Of a stretch of 64,000 nt of DNA, positions 42,550 through 51,307 are shown piece by piece. Source of the stretch: an uncultured Nitrospiraceae bacterium (GTDB taxonomy: Bacteria > Nitrospirota > Thermodesulfovibrionia > Thermodesulfovibrionales > Dissulfurispiraceae); contig CAVSHF010000003.1 of the NCBI GenBank assembly GCA_963727805.1, positions 1,824,001 through 1,888,000 of the forward strand, read 5' to 3'. Position 1 is the stretch's first letter, and every line of letters starts with the position of its first letter. A program made the position numbers and the translations under genes. The notes under the pieces are model-generated. The model saw only the letters and a program-made list of their open reading frames with translations, searched no databases and was not told the origin of the DNA.

Positions 42550-43043
42550 AACTTACCTAGAATCCTTCTAAGGGTCTTCTCCTTTTTTGAGGGCCTGAAG
42601 GGATTCCCTTTCCGTTCATGTCTTTCATCCTCGTCGTCCTCCTCGACTTCCCGGACTTCATCTGCGTTTATTCTATGCGTTCTCGTTATGATGTCCATGA
42701 ATCTTTCCGGTGCTACGGCCACTGATCCGGCAGCCCACGCATGGTCGGCGATGTCCCGGTCAGCAGTGACCACGATCCATTCCCTCCGCTCCTGGGTGAC
42801 GGTTTTTTTTATGACATCGTCAGCCCGTTCGCCAAGCCGTGTAAAGATCACTTTCACGTTGTCCCTGAATGATAGCTGCTGAGTTGCCATGCCATTTTTG
42901 TATCCGTCAAAGACGACCGTGATATCGTGATCTTTCACCTTACGGTATTCAATCACGGCATCTAGCAAAGTATCCCTCGCTTTCTCCATGTCCTTGTGGA
43001 AAATGCCGATGACGTTATATCCATCGATAATGATATGCGAAAT
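42546..43043 (-). CDS. NYN-domain ribonuclease (YacP/Rae1 family), probable ATT start
   Basis: IIIDGYN motif lies upstream of the ORF-track ATG; VVFDG, ADD.I, VVT.DR motifs; GGAGGT SD 6 nt before ATT at 43043. Confidence 0.85.
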   Translation of the reverse strand: MSHIIIDGYNVIGIFHKDMEKARDTLLDAVIEYRKVKDHDITVVFDGYKNGMATQQLSFRDNVKVIFTRLGERADDVIKKTVTQERREWIVVTADRDIADHAWAAGSVAVAPERFMDIITRTHRINADEVREVEEDDEDERHERKGNPFRPSKKEKTLRRILGKL

Positions 43044-43132
43044 AACGATACCTCCAGGCTCGTAACACCATCCTCCCCTCTCTTAGTTAAGAAGGAGAAA
43101 AGGGGGAAGTTCCGTGGGTAGGCAAAGGAGGG

Positions 43133-43300
43133 TTATGCTCTGTTTGATGGTCTCCGGCTAATCTGCTCCCACATCTCTTCATCGATTGCGTCGATATATG
43201 CTGAAACCGGGTAAGTTCTGCCGCACACCGTGCAGCACAGAATGACCGATTTTCAGCCGATCAGCAACCGGATGAGCCCCTTGCAATCCCTGCATTTCAT
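43133..43300 (-). CDS. Small dual-CxxC selenoprotein (55 aa, UGA=Sec at codon 16; missed by ORF track)
   Basis: MKCRDCKGLIRLLIG-U-KSVILCCTVCGRTYPVSAYIDAIDEEMWEQISRRPSNRA; in-frame TGA at 43255-43253 followed by a SECIS-like hairpin. Confidence 0.8.
43202..43255 (-). promoter_or_regulatory. Bacterial SECIS element
   Basis: Apical stem UGCUGCAC/GUGCGGCA with GGU loop 23 nt after UGA; basal pairing of UGAAA/AUCGG with CCGGU/UUUCA. Confidence 0.75.
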
Positions 43301-43358
43301 CCCAATATCCCTTGCTTCCATTGGAAAAACAGATATCTAATAATATACCATAACATTT

Positions 43359-43910
43359 ATGATTAGACCGCATCTGCTATTGAATAATGAACTCGTCTGG
43401 CATGACAGGAAGAAATGGGATGAGGCCGTGTCACTACTCAGAGATTTGTTCGCTCATCATAACAGTGAGCTCTCTAAAATGGGCTGTTTGGCTATGGCAC
43501 TTAGAGGTCATATTGATGCCGTCGATCACTTCATTCAGCAAAACACTGCACAGGTGTGTCCTGACTGCCAAAAAGTCTGCTGCATCAACAGGCATGGGTA
43601 CTATGACTATCAGGACTTGATCTACATAACAGCGCTCGGACTGACACCGCCACTTTACGGAGAAGGTATCGTGGACACAGCTCCTTGTCAATTCCTTTCC
43701 GAATGCGGCTGCGCGATAGAGCGCTCCATCAGGCCTTTCAGGTGCAACTGGCACTTCTGCACCGACCTGATGGTCTTCATGTCATCAGGTCCTGCAAAGC
43801 CCTTGCGTGAATTCAACCTGCAATTTAAAGAACTGCAAGCGCTGCGACAAGCGATGATCGACTATTTCTTCGATATCCTTTCAAGAGACACAGACCGTAT
43901 CCTGCCATAA
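43359..43910 (+). CDS. Cysteine-cluster protein (YkgJ/CxxCxxCC-like)
   Basis: CPDCQKVCC ... PCQFL..CGC.I....RPFRC...FC. Confidence 0.7.
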   Translation: MIRPHLLLNNELVWHDRKKWDEAVSLLRDLFAHHNSELSKMGCLAMALRGHIDAVDHFIQQNTAQVCPDCQKVCCINRHGYYDYQDLIYITALGLTPPLYGEGIVDTAPCQFLSECGCAIERSIRPFRCNWHFCTDLMVFMSSGPAKPLREFNLQFKELQALRQAMIDYFFDILSRDTDRILP

Positions 43911-44159
43911 GTGTACGCAGCAGACGCTGCTGCTATTCGGAATTCTTAGACAATAGTGCTCTCACAAAAGAAGTCTGAATGGGTTTTGACGTGGGTCTTT
44001 TGCTTATTGATTAATAACTCGATATACTATAACGGGCAAATGAGATGGCTGCCCTCAACGACTTCTATATGAAGACTTAATTTCTCATAAGGTCGGAAAT
44101 ATCATCATAACAAATGCCCGCGGGCCACTGTGTCCCGTAAGGCGAAGGAGGAGGAAACT

Positions 44160-44366
44160 ATGGCAGTGTACAAGTTCATTGAATTAGTCGGGACTAGTGA
44201 GGAATCCTGGGAGAAAGCAGCAGCGTCGGCTGTCGAGCTGGCAGCAAAATCATTGCGTGAACTTCGGGTGGCCGAGGTCATTCAGACGGATATGACAATC
44301 GAAAATGGCAAGGTCGCCTTGTACCGCACAAAGGTCAGGCTTTCGTTTAAATACGAGGGTGCCTAA
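44160..44366 (+). CDS. Dodecin family protein
   Basis: VYK.IELVGTS.ESWE.A, YR.KV.LSFK; ATG 44160 after GGAGGAGG. Confidence 0.9.
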   Translation: MAVYKFIELVGTSEESWEKAAASAVELAAKSLRELRVAEVIQTDMTIENGKVALYRTKVRLSFKYEGA

Positions 44367-44471
44367 GCTTCGACTGTGGCATCATGCCAGAATGTTTGTC
44401 TGATGCATGGTCTTCAGCTGTAAGGGGAAACCGTTTTTGACTACGTCCACTGACTCGATGCAGTAGATAAC

Positions 44472-44515
44472 GAATCGGGAAAGAGTAATAACTCTTATTT
44501 GCTCTTTCCCGATTC
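44472..44515. terminator. Strong inverted repeat (probable bidirectional terminator)
   Basis: 14-bp perfect arms GAATCGGGAAAGAG / CTCTTTCCCGATTC. Confidence 0.6.
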
Positions 44516-44831
44516 CCCTCTATTGCAGTGGGCGCCAGCTCGGACCGTAACAGTTCAGGAAATATTCGCCGCTATTTTCACAGCCTTTTGTGATCATTAT
44601 CCCCAAATGAATAGATCTCTCGTTTATAGGTCTTGCCAGTCATGATTATGAGACCAATTTCATCTATAATATAAAATATAAGCATAAAGATAGCATAGAG
44701 CTGCGATCAAGATGAAGTCATTTGTCTCTTCAGTTGATCGCATTTAGGACGCGGTAAGTATGCTGTATATTTAAGGGAAAATATCTGCCTAAGCATAACG
44801 GGACATTTCATGCCAGCACATTTCGGCTCCC

Positions 44832-46094
44832 TCAGGTTTTTTCCTCTTTCTTCATATACCTTATCCTCTCCAGCATCGGCGGATGTGAGTAATATAGAAG
44901 AACATACAGCGGATGAGGATGGAGGTTGGACAGATTTTCTTTAGCAAGCTTTAAAAATGCACTTATCGCATCGCCTGCATCGCCCGTCAACTCTAGGCAA
45001 TCACTGTCGGCCTGTCTTTCGTAGCGTCTCGCGAAATAAGTCAAGACGGGTTTCATGGGAAATGCGACGATGCCGGCAAGAAATCCGATGATGACGATCT
45101 TTGCGTATACTGTTGCAGTCTCAACCTGAAAGAGCTTCGTCAACGTATCGCCCTCCATGAGCCGGAAAGCGATGTAGAGCCCTATGAGCGAAAGGGTTTC
45201 CATCGCGACAATCGATTTCAGGACATGCTTTCGCTTCCAGTGGCCGATTTCATGCGCGAGCACGGCAACGATTTCTCCCTGCGTCATTCCTTCGACGAGT
45301 GTATCGAAAAGGATAATCCTCTTCGTCTTCCCGATGCCCGTGAAATAGGCGTTGGAATGTCTGCTCCTCTTGGATGCGTCAATCTTCATGACCTTAGTTA
45401 CCTTAATATCGGCCCTCCGGGCCAATCCGACGATCTTTTCTTTAAGGGATTCATCTTCCACGAGAGAGAATTTATTGAAGAGTGGCTCTATGATATACGG
45501 TGAAATATACAAAATGATAATGCCATACGCGAGCATGACTCCCCATAACCACAGCCACCAATGTGCATCACTCCATTGCATGAGCCAAAATGCCGCAAAA
45601 AGGAGCACTGATATGAGTATCACAGAAAGGATCAGTGACTTTATGAAATCGGACAACCAAAGTCGTGGCGTCATGGTGTTGAAGCCGTATTTATTCTCGA
45701 TCTTGAAGTTTTCATAGAGATGGAAAGGGACATCCACCATGTCGCTCACTAAAAAGAGGACCAAGAAAAAGAGCCAACCGGATATGGCAAACGAGAAGTT
45801 GAGCGAGACAATCCATGAATTAAGAACGTTCAGAAGACCGCCGAATATGAAGACGATGGTGATAATGTTTCCGGAAAGAGATGAGACAAAACCGAAACGC
45901 GTCTTATCTGCTTCGTAATCACGCATCTTTCTCATCACACCTTCATCCATTACCAGTTTGAATTCAGGCGGCACCGTGGTGCCGAATCTCCCCATGTACC
46001 TGAGATTCAGGTACCGGACAATATATTCAAAGCCCTCCCGGACAAGATACGCAAGGAGGATGAATGCGAGAGTATGCCTCAAACCCGCCTCCAA
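44832..46094 (-). CDS. M48 (Ste24-like) zinc metalloprotease
   Basis: NAYFTG, LFDTL, HEIGH, E..AD, YSHPP..ER. Confidence 0.92.
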   Translation of the reverse strand: MEAGLRHTLAFILLAYLVREGFEYIVRYLNLRYMGRFGTTVPPEFKLVMDEGVMRKMRDYEADKTRFGFVSSLSGNIITIVFIFGGLLNVLNSWIVSLNFSFAISGWLFFLVLFLVSDMVDVPFHLYENFKIENKYGFNTMTPRLWLSDFIKSLILSVILISVLLFAAFWLMQWSDAHWWLWLWGVMLAYGIIILYISPYIIEPLFNKFSLVEDESLKEKIVGLARRADIKVTKVMKIDASKRSRHSNAYFTGIGKTKRIILFDTLVEGMTQGEIVAVLAHEIGHWKRKHVLKSIVAMETLSLIGLYIAFRLMEGDTLTKLFQVETATVYAKIVIIGFLAGIVAFPMKPVLTYFARRYERQADSDCLELTGDAGDAISAFLKLAKENLSNLHPHPLYVLLYYSHPPMLERIRYMKKEEKT

Positions 46095-46103
46095 GATAGT
46101 GCC

Positions 46104-46724
46104 TTATCTGGCAAGGGCGTTAATCTCCTGATAGATGAACAGAGTAAAGTCATAGCACATCCGGTCGTGCCGCAGGGACACATACGGTGAAAGATTCCGT
46201 ACCGCAAAGGAGAACACTTCTTCGGGCGAAGTGTAGTGTAACTCGAAATCTTTTTTAGGATTGTGGGCCGAAAGGGCGTTGAAGGCCAGGCCGATGCGGC
46301 AGCGGGCAAAGAGCTTTATCAGTGTATCCTTAATAACCTCATCAAGTCCCTCTACCCTGAGATTGAAAACACCACAGAGGAAAATGAAATCAAAATCTTC
46401 ATCCAGAACATCTCTGTCGATATCGAGGACCCTGAAATCCACGCCAGGGTATTTTTTTTGTGCAACAGTGATGAGCTTCCCGTTGATATCGCAGCCCGTG
46501 TACTCGACAGGAACCTCTCTCTCTTGCAGAAACTGATACAGGTCCCCCTTGCCGCACCCGAAATCGAGTATCTTCTTGCCTGCTGTATCCCCAATATCGA
46601 GCATGCTCTGGTAGTGTGCTCGCTGTCCGACCGTCGTCCATCTCACCGCCTCCGGCCTGTCACCGTGCAGCATGAGATTCGTATCGAAAAAAGAGATTAC
46701 GTATTCCTTGGAGAGTTCATCCAT
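46104..46724 (-). CDS. Class I SAM-dependent methyltransferase
   Basis: ILDFGCGKGD, Y.G.DI, GVFN. Confidence 0.85.
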   Translation of the reverse strand: MDELSKEYVISFFDTNLMLHGDRPEAVRWTTVGQRAHYQSMLDIGDTAGKKILDFGCGKGDLYQFLQEREVPVEYTGCDINGKLITVAQKKYPGVDFRVLDIDRDVLDEDFDFIFLCGVFNLRVEGLDEVIKDTLIKLFARCRIGLAFNALSAHNPKKDFELHYTSPEEVFSFAVRNLSPYVSLRHDRMCYDFTLFIYQEINALAR

Positions 46725-46893
46725 CGTCAGTATATTATCTTAACCCACTTTATCCGTAAAGTCATCTGCTGGCTCTTACGCTTAAGGCCATCACATGCGC
46801 GCACATGACGGGAGTGATATAGCTCTCTCAAAACTCTTACTCATCTCAAGTACCCCTTCGACGGACAATGAAAATTGTTGTAGAATATAACCC

Positions 46894-48012
46894 ATGACAG
46901 ACATATCTCTCATCAATAAACAAAGACTCATCGACACCTTTGTCGATCTGATCAGAATTAATTCACCGTCGTTCGACGAGAAGGACATCGGTGAATTCCT
47001 AGCGCGAAGACTTTCGGCGGCTGGCTGCAGTGTCAAGTTCCAACGGTATGAAAAATCCTTCAATCTGACAGCTGTTAAGAAAGGTAGAAAGAAAACCGCT
47101 CCTATTCTGCTGAGCGCTCATATGGATACGATCGAACCAACTACAGGAATCACCTTCACGATCGACAAAGACCGCATTAGATCAACCGGAACCACCGTGC
47201 TCGGCGCCGACGACAAGAGCGCCCTCGCACAGATTTTAGAAGCATTGACAGTACTTCACGAGAACGGGATACCCCATGCAAATCTCGAAATTGTCTTAAC
47301 GTCAGCGGAAGAAAGGGGACTTCTAGGCGCCAGGAACCTAAATTTTCAAAACATCAGGAGTCGCCATGCCCTTGTGCTCGACTCAGCAGGCAGTGTCGGC
47401 AACCTCGTCATTGGCGCCCCTACTCATCTGCGATATACATTGACCATAACCGGAAAGGCTGCCCACGCAGGCATCGAACCCGAAAAGGGAATTAATGCCA
47501 TCAGGGTCGCAGCCGAGATCATCACTAAAATACCCGACGGCAGGATCGATGAAGATACGACAGCCAATATTGGTATCATAGACGGAGGAACAGCGACCAA
47601 TGTTGTGTCAAGAGAGGTCATTATCCGCGGCGAATTGAGGAGCCATAGCATGAAGACTCTCGAAACGGTAAGAAAGATGATTTTGGAAACGGTCCGTCAG
47701 ACCGCCCACAAACATCATGCAAAGGTCAGCATTACTCAGGATGTGGCATACAAGGCATTCAGGATAGGGAAAAACGAGCCATTTCTGAAGTTCATGAAGG
47801 GCGTCTTCAGGGAATGCGGGATAGAGCCTCGTCTCACGAAAACCGGCGGTGGGTCCGATGCCAATATCTTTCACCAAAGGAGAATAATGGCTATCAATAT
47901 CTCCAACGGAATGCAGAAGGTGCATTCACCTGATGAGTTTATCCTGATTGATGATCTCTGTAAAGGCTGCTCAGTTGTATTGAAGACAGTGACTAACTTC
48001 GGGAAGTTATGA
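46894..48012 (+). CDS. M20 family peptidase (PepT-like)
   Basis: AHMDT, LGADDK, EE.GL.GA, AHAG..PE.G, GGSDAN, VHS..E. Confidence 0.9.
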   Translation: MTDISLINKQRLIDTFVDLIRINSPSFDEKDIGEFLARRLSAAGCSVKFQRYEKSFNLTAVKKGRKKTAPILLSAHMDTIEPTTGITFTIDKDRIRSTGTTVLGADDKSALAQILEALTVLHENGIPHANLEIVLTSAEERGLLGARNLNFQNIRSRHALVLDSAGSVGNLVIGAPTHLRYTLTITGKAAHAGIEPEKGINAIRVAAEIITKIPDGRIDEDTTANIGIIDGGTATNVVSREVIIRGELRSHSMKTLETVRKMILETVRQTAHKHHAKVSITQDVAYKAFRIGKNEPFLKFMKGVFRECGIEPRLTKTGGGSDANIFHQRRIMAINISNGMQKVHSPDEFILIDDLCKGCSVVLKTVTNFGKL

Positions 48013-48036
48013 GTGACAGGCACAGTGCAACATTAG

Positions 48037-48354
48037 TTATTGTACGGCTTCTGCCCGGTCCCTGCCCTCAGCCTGCCCATCCCCGCCAAACGCCTCCGCC
48101 TTTTCGGCAGCCTCTTTATGCATCAGGTAGATAGCCTCACTCAGACGGATGTCGGGATATTTTACCGTCGCTTCTATCGCTTCGGTGAGCGGATAATCGA
48201 CAAAATGTCCCTCGGGCAATACAATCCGTATGAATCTCCTTTTAAGCAAAAAACAGCGCTTCTTCCTCCCGTCCTTGCTGATGAAAGGAATTATGACATA
48301 CTCGATGTCTTCCTGGAGATGATAGTAGCTGATCAGCTCGTTTATCTCTTCCAT
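48037..48354 (-). CDS. Hypothetical protein
   Basis: 105-aa ORF filling the intergenic gap; no recognised motif. Confidence 0.55.
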   Translation of the reverse strand: MEEINELISYYHLQEDIEYVIIPFISKDGRKKRCFLLKRRFIRIVLPEGHFVDYPLTEAIEATVKYPDIRLSEAIYLMHKEAAEKAEAFGGDGQAEGRDRAEAVQ

Positions 48355-48552
48355 AGATCGCCCGCTCGAAAGGATTACTTACCTTATTATATACTTTATT
48401 ACACGGGCCGAAAACTGATGACGGCTCAGCGAGAGCATTAAACGCCACAATAAATAGGTAATGACCCCGGTCGCCTATGACGGGGGATGGCCCTGCAAGG
48501 GCTTCACAGTATCGATATCAGCCTGTTACTGCCCGCTTTCCCTATTGCCATG

Positions 48553-50286
48553 TTACAGATCTATAGACTTGCTGAGCGGTATGGTTATCAGAAGGGTTGT
48601 GCCCTTTGAGGGCCGTCCCTCAATGTGAAGATTGCCGTTCCAGAAACGGACTCTTTCCCTTATCCCGAGAATACCGAATGATTTAGAACCATGGATATTT
48701 TTCTTAGCGATCCCTTTGCCATTGTCGCTTATCCGAAAGGAGAAGAAATTCTTTGCGCTCTCCATAGTGACGATCACCTCTGTAGCTCCTGAATGGCGGA
48801 TTATATTGGTAAGCGCTTCCTGCATGATCCGGAAGACCGATATGGACAAGTCCCTGCTGATCTTCATTTCACGGGGATGTATTAGTACGATGCACTTGAT
48901 CCCAGTCCTCTTCCTGAATTCCTCTATCTGCCACTCAACCGCAGCGGTAATGCCGAGATGATCGAGGATATCGGGTCTGAGTTCAGTACAAATCCGCCTG
49001 ACCGACTTGATAGTCGAATCGACAAGAGCCAAGCTATCTTCGGCCTTTGCGATAAGGGCAGTTTCATCCTCGGATAGCCTGTTCCTGATCCAGAATATAT
49101 CCATCTTCAGTGCTGTAAGCGCCTGCCCCAGCTCGTCATGGACTTCTCTCGCGAACTCGGTCCTTTCGTCTTCTCGGGAGGATTGCAGGTGGGCTGCTAG
49201 CCGGCGGAGTTGTTCGCTCGAATTCTTCAGTTTCTCTTCCGCCTCCTTGCGTATAATAATGCTAGCAAGGACGTTCGCGATCGACGAGAGAAACTCTTTA
49301 TGTTGAGGATTAAGTTGTTGTTCTTCCTTCAAATAGAAATTCACAACCCCGAGCACCCGGTCAGAACTGAAAAGGGGAAGACAGTAGTGGCGGTGAGAAA
49401 GTTCTTCTTCATGGTTATGCCTCGGTTGTTGTGAAAAGACCGGGGCCCGTTCCGATGTAGCTTTACCACAGAAACATTTTACAAAAGACACCTCGGTACA
49501 CTGCTGCAACTGGGCCTGCGATATCCCCTTGTGGACCGTACACTCAAGCACTCCTGGCCTGTCCTTCACAAGAAATATGCAGCCCTTCTGCTCCAAAGGC
49601 AGCCAGGGCATCGAAAAGACCTTTTCGAGGGCCTGGCTGAGTATCTCTTCCAGATTCGAATTATTGAGGGACATGTGCAGGAGTGAATTCACGACGCGCT
49701 GCATCACGTAATGCTTCTTCAGCTTGTCCTCGATTCCGAAGCGTTGGATCGCCTCGCCGATTATTGGGGTTAACAATTCGAAGGCAGTGATCTTTTCGAT
49801 AGGGAGCATCCCTTCTTTTTCGTCGGCAATGTGGATCGCGGCGATTACTGCCGGGCCGTAGCGGATAGGAATTATTGCGAGAGACATAAAGCCATGTTTG
49901 ACGCAAACACCACGATATCGGGCCTTTCCCTTCTCGTTGAGACCTCGGATGAATGCACCTACGTTATCGTTGAGAAAGGAGCCAAAAGGGGTCATAAAAG
50001 AAATGTCCTGCGGTTCGGGTTTCGCGGTAATAACCCGGATGCAGGCACACTGCGCCTCTTTTATTGAAAGCCAGTTCTCGCTCTTCCGGAAATCATCACT
50101 GAACCCTGTATAGGCTTCGTAAGGGATTGTTCCATCCTCGTTTAAGACCCTTATCCCAACGCACCGACAATCACTCCATTCCCTGAAGAGGTCGACGACA
50201 TGGCCAAGATATTTTTTTCTCGATATCCGCTTAGTCAGCAGCTTGAGGAGGGCACTGCCTGATACTGGTCGATTTCCCGTCTCCAT
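48553..50286 (-). CDS. Cytoplasmic GAF-GAF sensor histidine kinase, HisKA_3 (NarX/UhpB) type
   Basis: REVHDELGQ.LT H-box, QEALTN..RH, DNGKG, GILGIRER; two GAF-like domains. Confidence 0.88.
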   Translation of the reverse strand: METGNRPVSGSALLKLLTKRISRKKYLGHVVDLFREWSDCRCVGIRVLNEDGTIPYEAYTGFSDDFRKSENWLSIKEAQCACIRVITAKPEPQDISFMTPFGSFLNDNVGAFIRGLNEKGKARYRGVCVKHGFMSLAIIPIRYGPAVIAAIHIADEKEGMLPIEKITAFELLTPIIGEAIQRFGIEDKLKKHYVMQRVVNSLLHMSLNNSNLEEILSQALEKVFSMPWLPLEQKGCIFLVKDRPGVLECTVHKGISQAQLQQCTEVSFVKCFCGKATSERAPVFSQQPRHNHEEELSHRHYCLPLFSSDRVLGVVNFYLKEEQQLNPQHKEFLSSIANVLASIIIRKEAEEKLKNSSEQLRRLAAHLQSSREDERTEFAREVHDELGQALTALKMDIFWIRNRLSEDETALIAKAEDSLALVDSTIKSVRRICTELRPDILDHLGITAAVEWQIEEFRKRTGIKCIVLIHPREMKISRDLSISVFRIMQEALTNIIRHSGATEVIVTMESAKNFFSFRISDNGKGIAKKNIHGSKSFGILGIRERVRFWNGNLHIEGRPSKGTTLLITIPLSKSIDL

Positions 50287-50540
50287 TTCCTACCACACAT
50301 TGAAACCCCGGACGGTCCCGGACTTTCTTGACTCAAACAGCATGGCATATCAATTCAATCTCTTTTTCTGCTGCTTACCATGCCGGCATCCCCCTGCAGG
50401 TCATCATTCCAGGATGTCTCAATAGATGCAATAATGTACCATATCCCCGCAATTAATTGAATATTGGCTGAATCGCATGAACTTTCAATGGAGATGGAAG
50501 AACCATTATAATATAAAAACGACAAGGAGGCGACGATACT

Positions 50541-50873
50541 ATGTCAAACCGGTTTCGATCTAAAAGACCTCAGACCATGAAAAAGATAACCGCCAAGCCG
50601 ATTTCTGAAATCGTGGCTGAACTCAAGCAGGCGTCCGGCCCACCCTCCGGCTACCGAGAACAATCGTTGCGTATCCACGGGCTGATTTGTGCCAAATGTG
50701 GCAGGGAATTCGACCATACTAACAGGCATCTGCTTACCGTCCATCACAAAGACAGCAACTCAAACAATAATCCACCCAACGGCTCAAATTGGGAAAATCT
50801 CTGCGTTTATTGTCATGACGACGAGCACAGCAGGGGCATGCTTGGGGATTATCTTTCCGGAGCTAAGCACTAA
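50541..50873 (+). CDS. YajD-family HNH nuclease
   Basis: YREQSL, CAKCGREF, LTVHHKD....NNP..GSNWENLC.YCHD.EH. Confidence 0.88.
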   Translation: MSNRFRSKRPQTMKKITAKPISEIVAELKQASGPPSGYREQSLRIHGLICAKCGREFDHTNRHLLTVHHKDSNSNNNPPNGSNWENLCVYCHDDEHSRGMLGDYLSGAKH

Positions 50874-51307
50874 TGATTCGAAAGCTCGTTCTTTTATTGC
50901 TCCCCTTTTTTATCTTCGGATGTGCCCAGGACCTTCGCTTCCATAATCTCGACAAAACAGAACAGGTCCCGGCCATAAGCTATGAAGCCTATTTTTTTGT
51001 CGCGGGTATCTCAGAAAGATCGCGAGCAGTCTTTCTGAAAAAACCTGATGTGGAAATCGCAATCGAACCGGCTTCCCCTGAGATCATAAGTACGACCGCC
51101 ACCTATGTCGAAGCAATGGCTTTTATGATAGAGAAGCGACTTATGCGGTCGATCACAACACAGACAGTTACATACGAAGACAAGCCATTAGGCTATTTGC
51201 TCACTTATGATCAAGCAGGCGTGAATGGAGAAAAAGTCATCACCAATCTATATGAACGAGGCGGCAAGATTTATTTTAGTGCGCAGGAGGGAGGCGAGAT
51301 CCAATGA
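50873..51307 (+). CDS. Hypothetical lipoprotein
   Basis: Lipobox IFGC; coupled to neighbours by overlaps. Confidence 0.65.
   Translation: MIRKLVLLLLPFFIFGCAQDLRFHNLDKTEQVPAISYEAYFFVAGISERSRAVFLKKPDVEIAIEPASPEIISTTATYVEAMAFMIEKRLMRSITTQTVTYEDKPLGYLLTYDQAGVNGEKVITNLYERGGKIYFSAQEGGEIQ

Noticed and set aside
42546..43043. NYN protein as the replacement for the missing RNase P
   Set aside because: Motifs fit YacP/Rae1, which is widespread in rnpA-containing bacteria; nothing in the sequence points to HARP/PRORP.
44040..44090. Fluoride or c-di-GMP-I riboswitch before dodecin (GAGATGG..., GGGCAAA)
   Set aside because: Lacks the 3' pseudoknot/CUAC and GACGCAAAGC consensus elements.
48405..48445. 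Hammerhead ribozyme core (CTGATGA)
   Set aside because: No GAAA after stem II in the required order.
50427..50443. sigma54 promoter upstream of the kinase (TGGTACATTATTGC, minus strand)
   Set aside because: GG-GC spacing is 9 nt, not the required 10.
50541..50873. HNH nuclease as a defence or mobile-element marker
   Set aside because: Matches the stand-alone chromosomal YajD family; neighbours are envelope genes.
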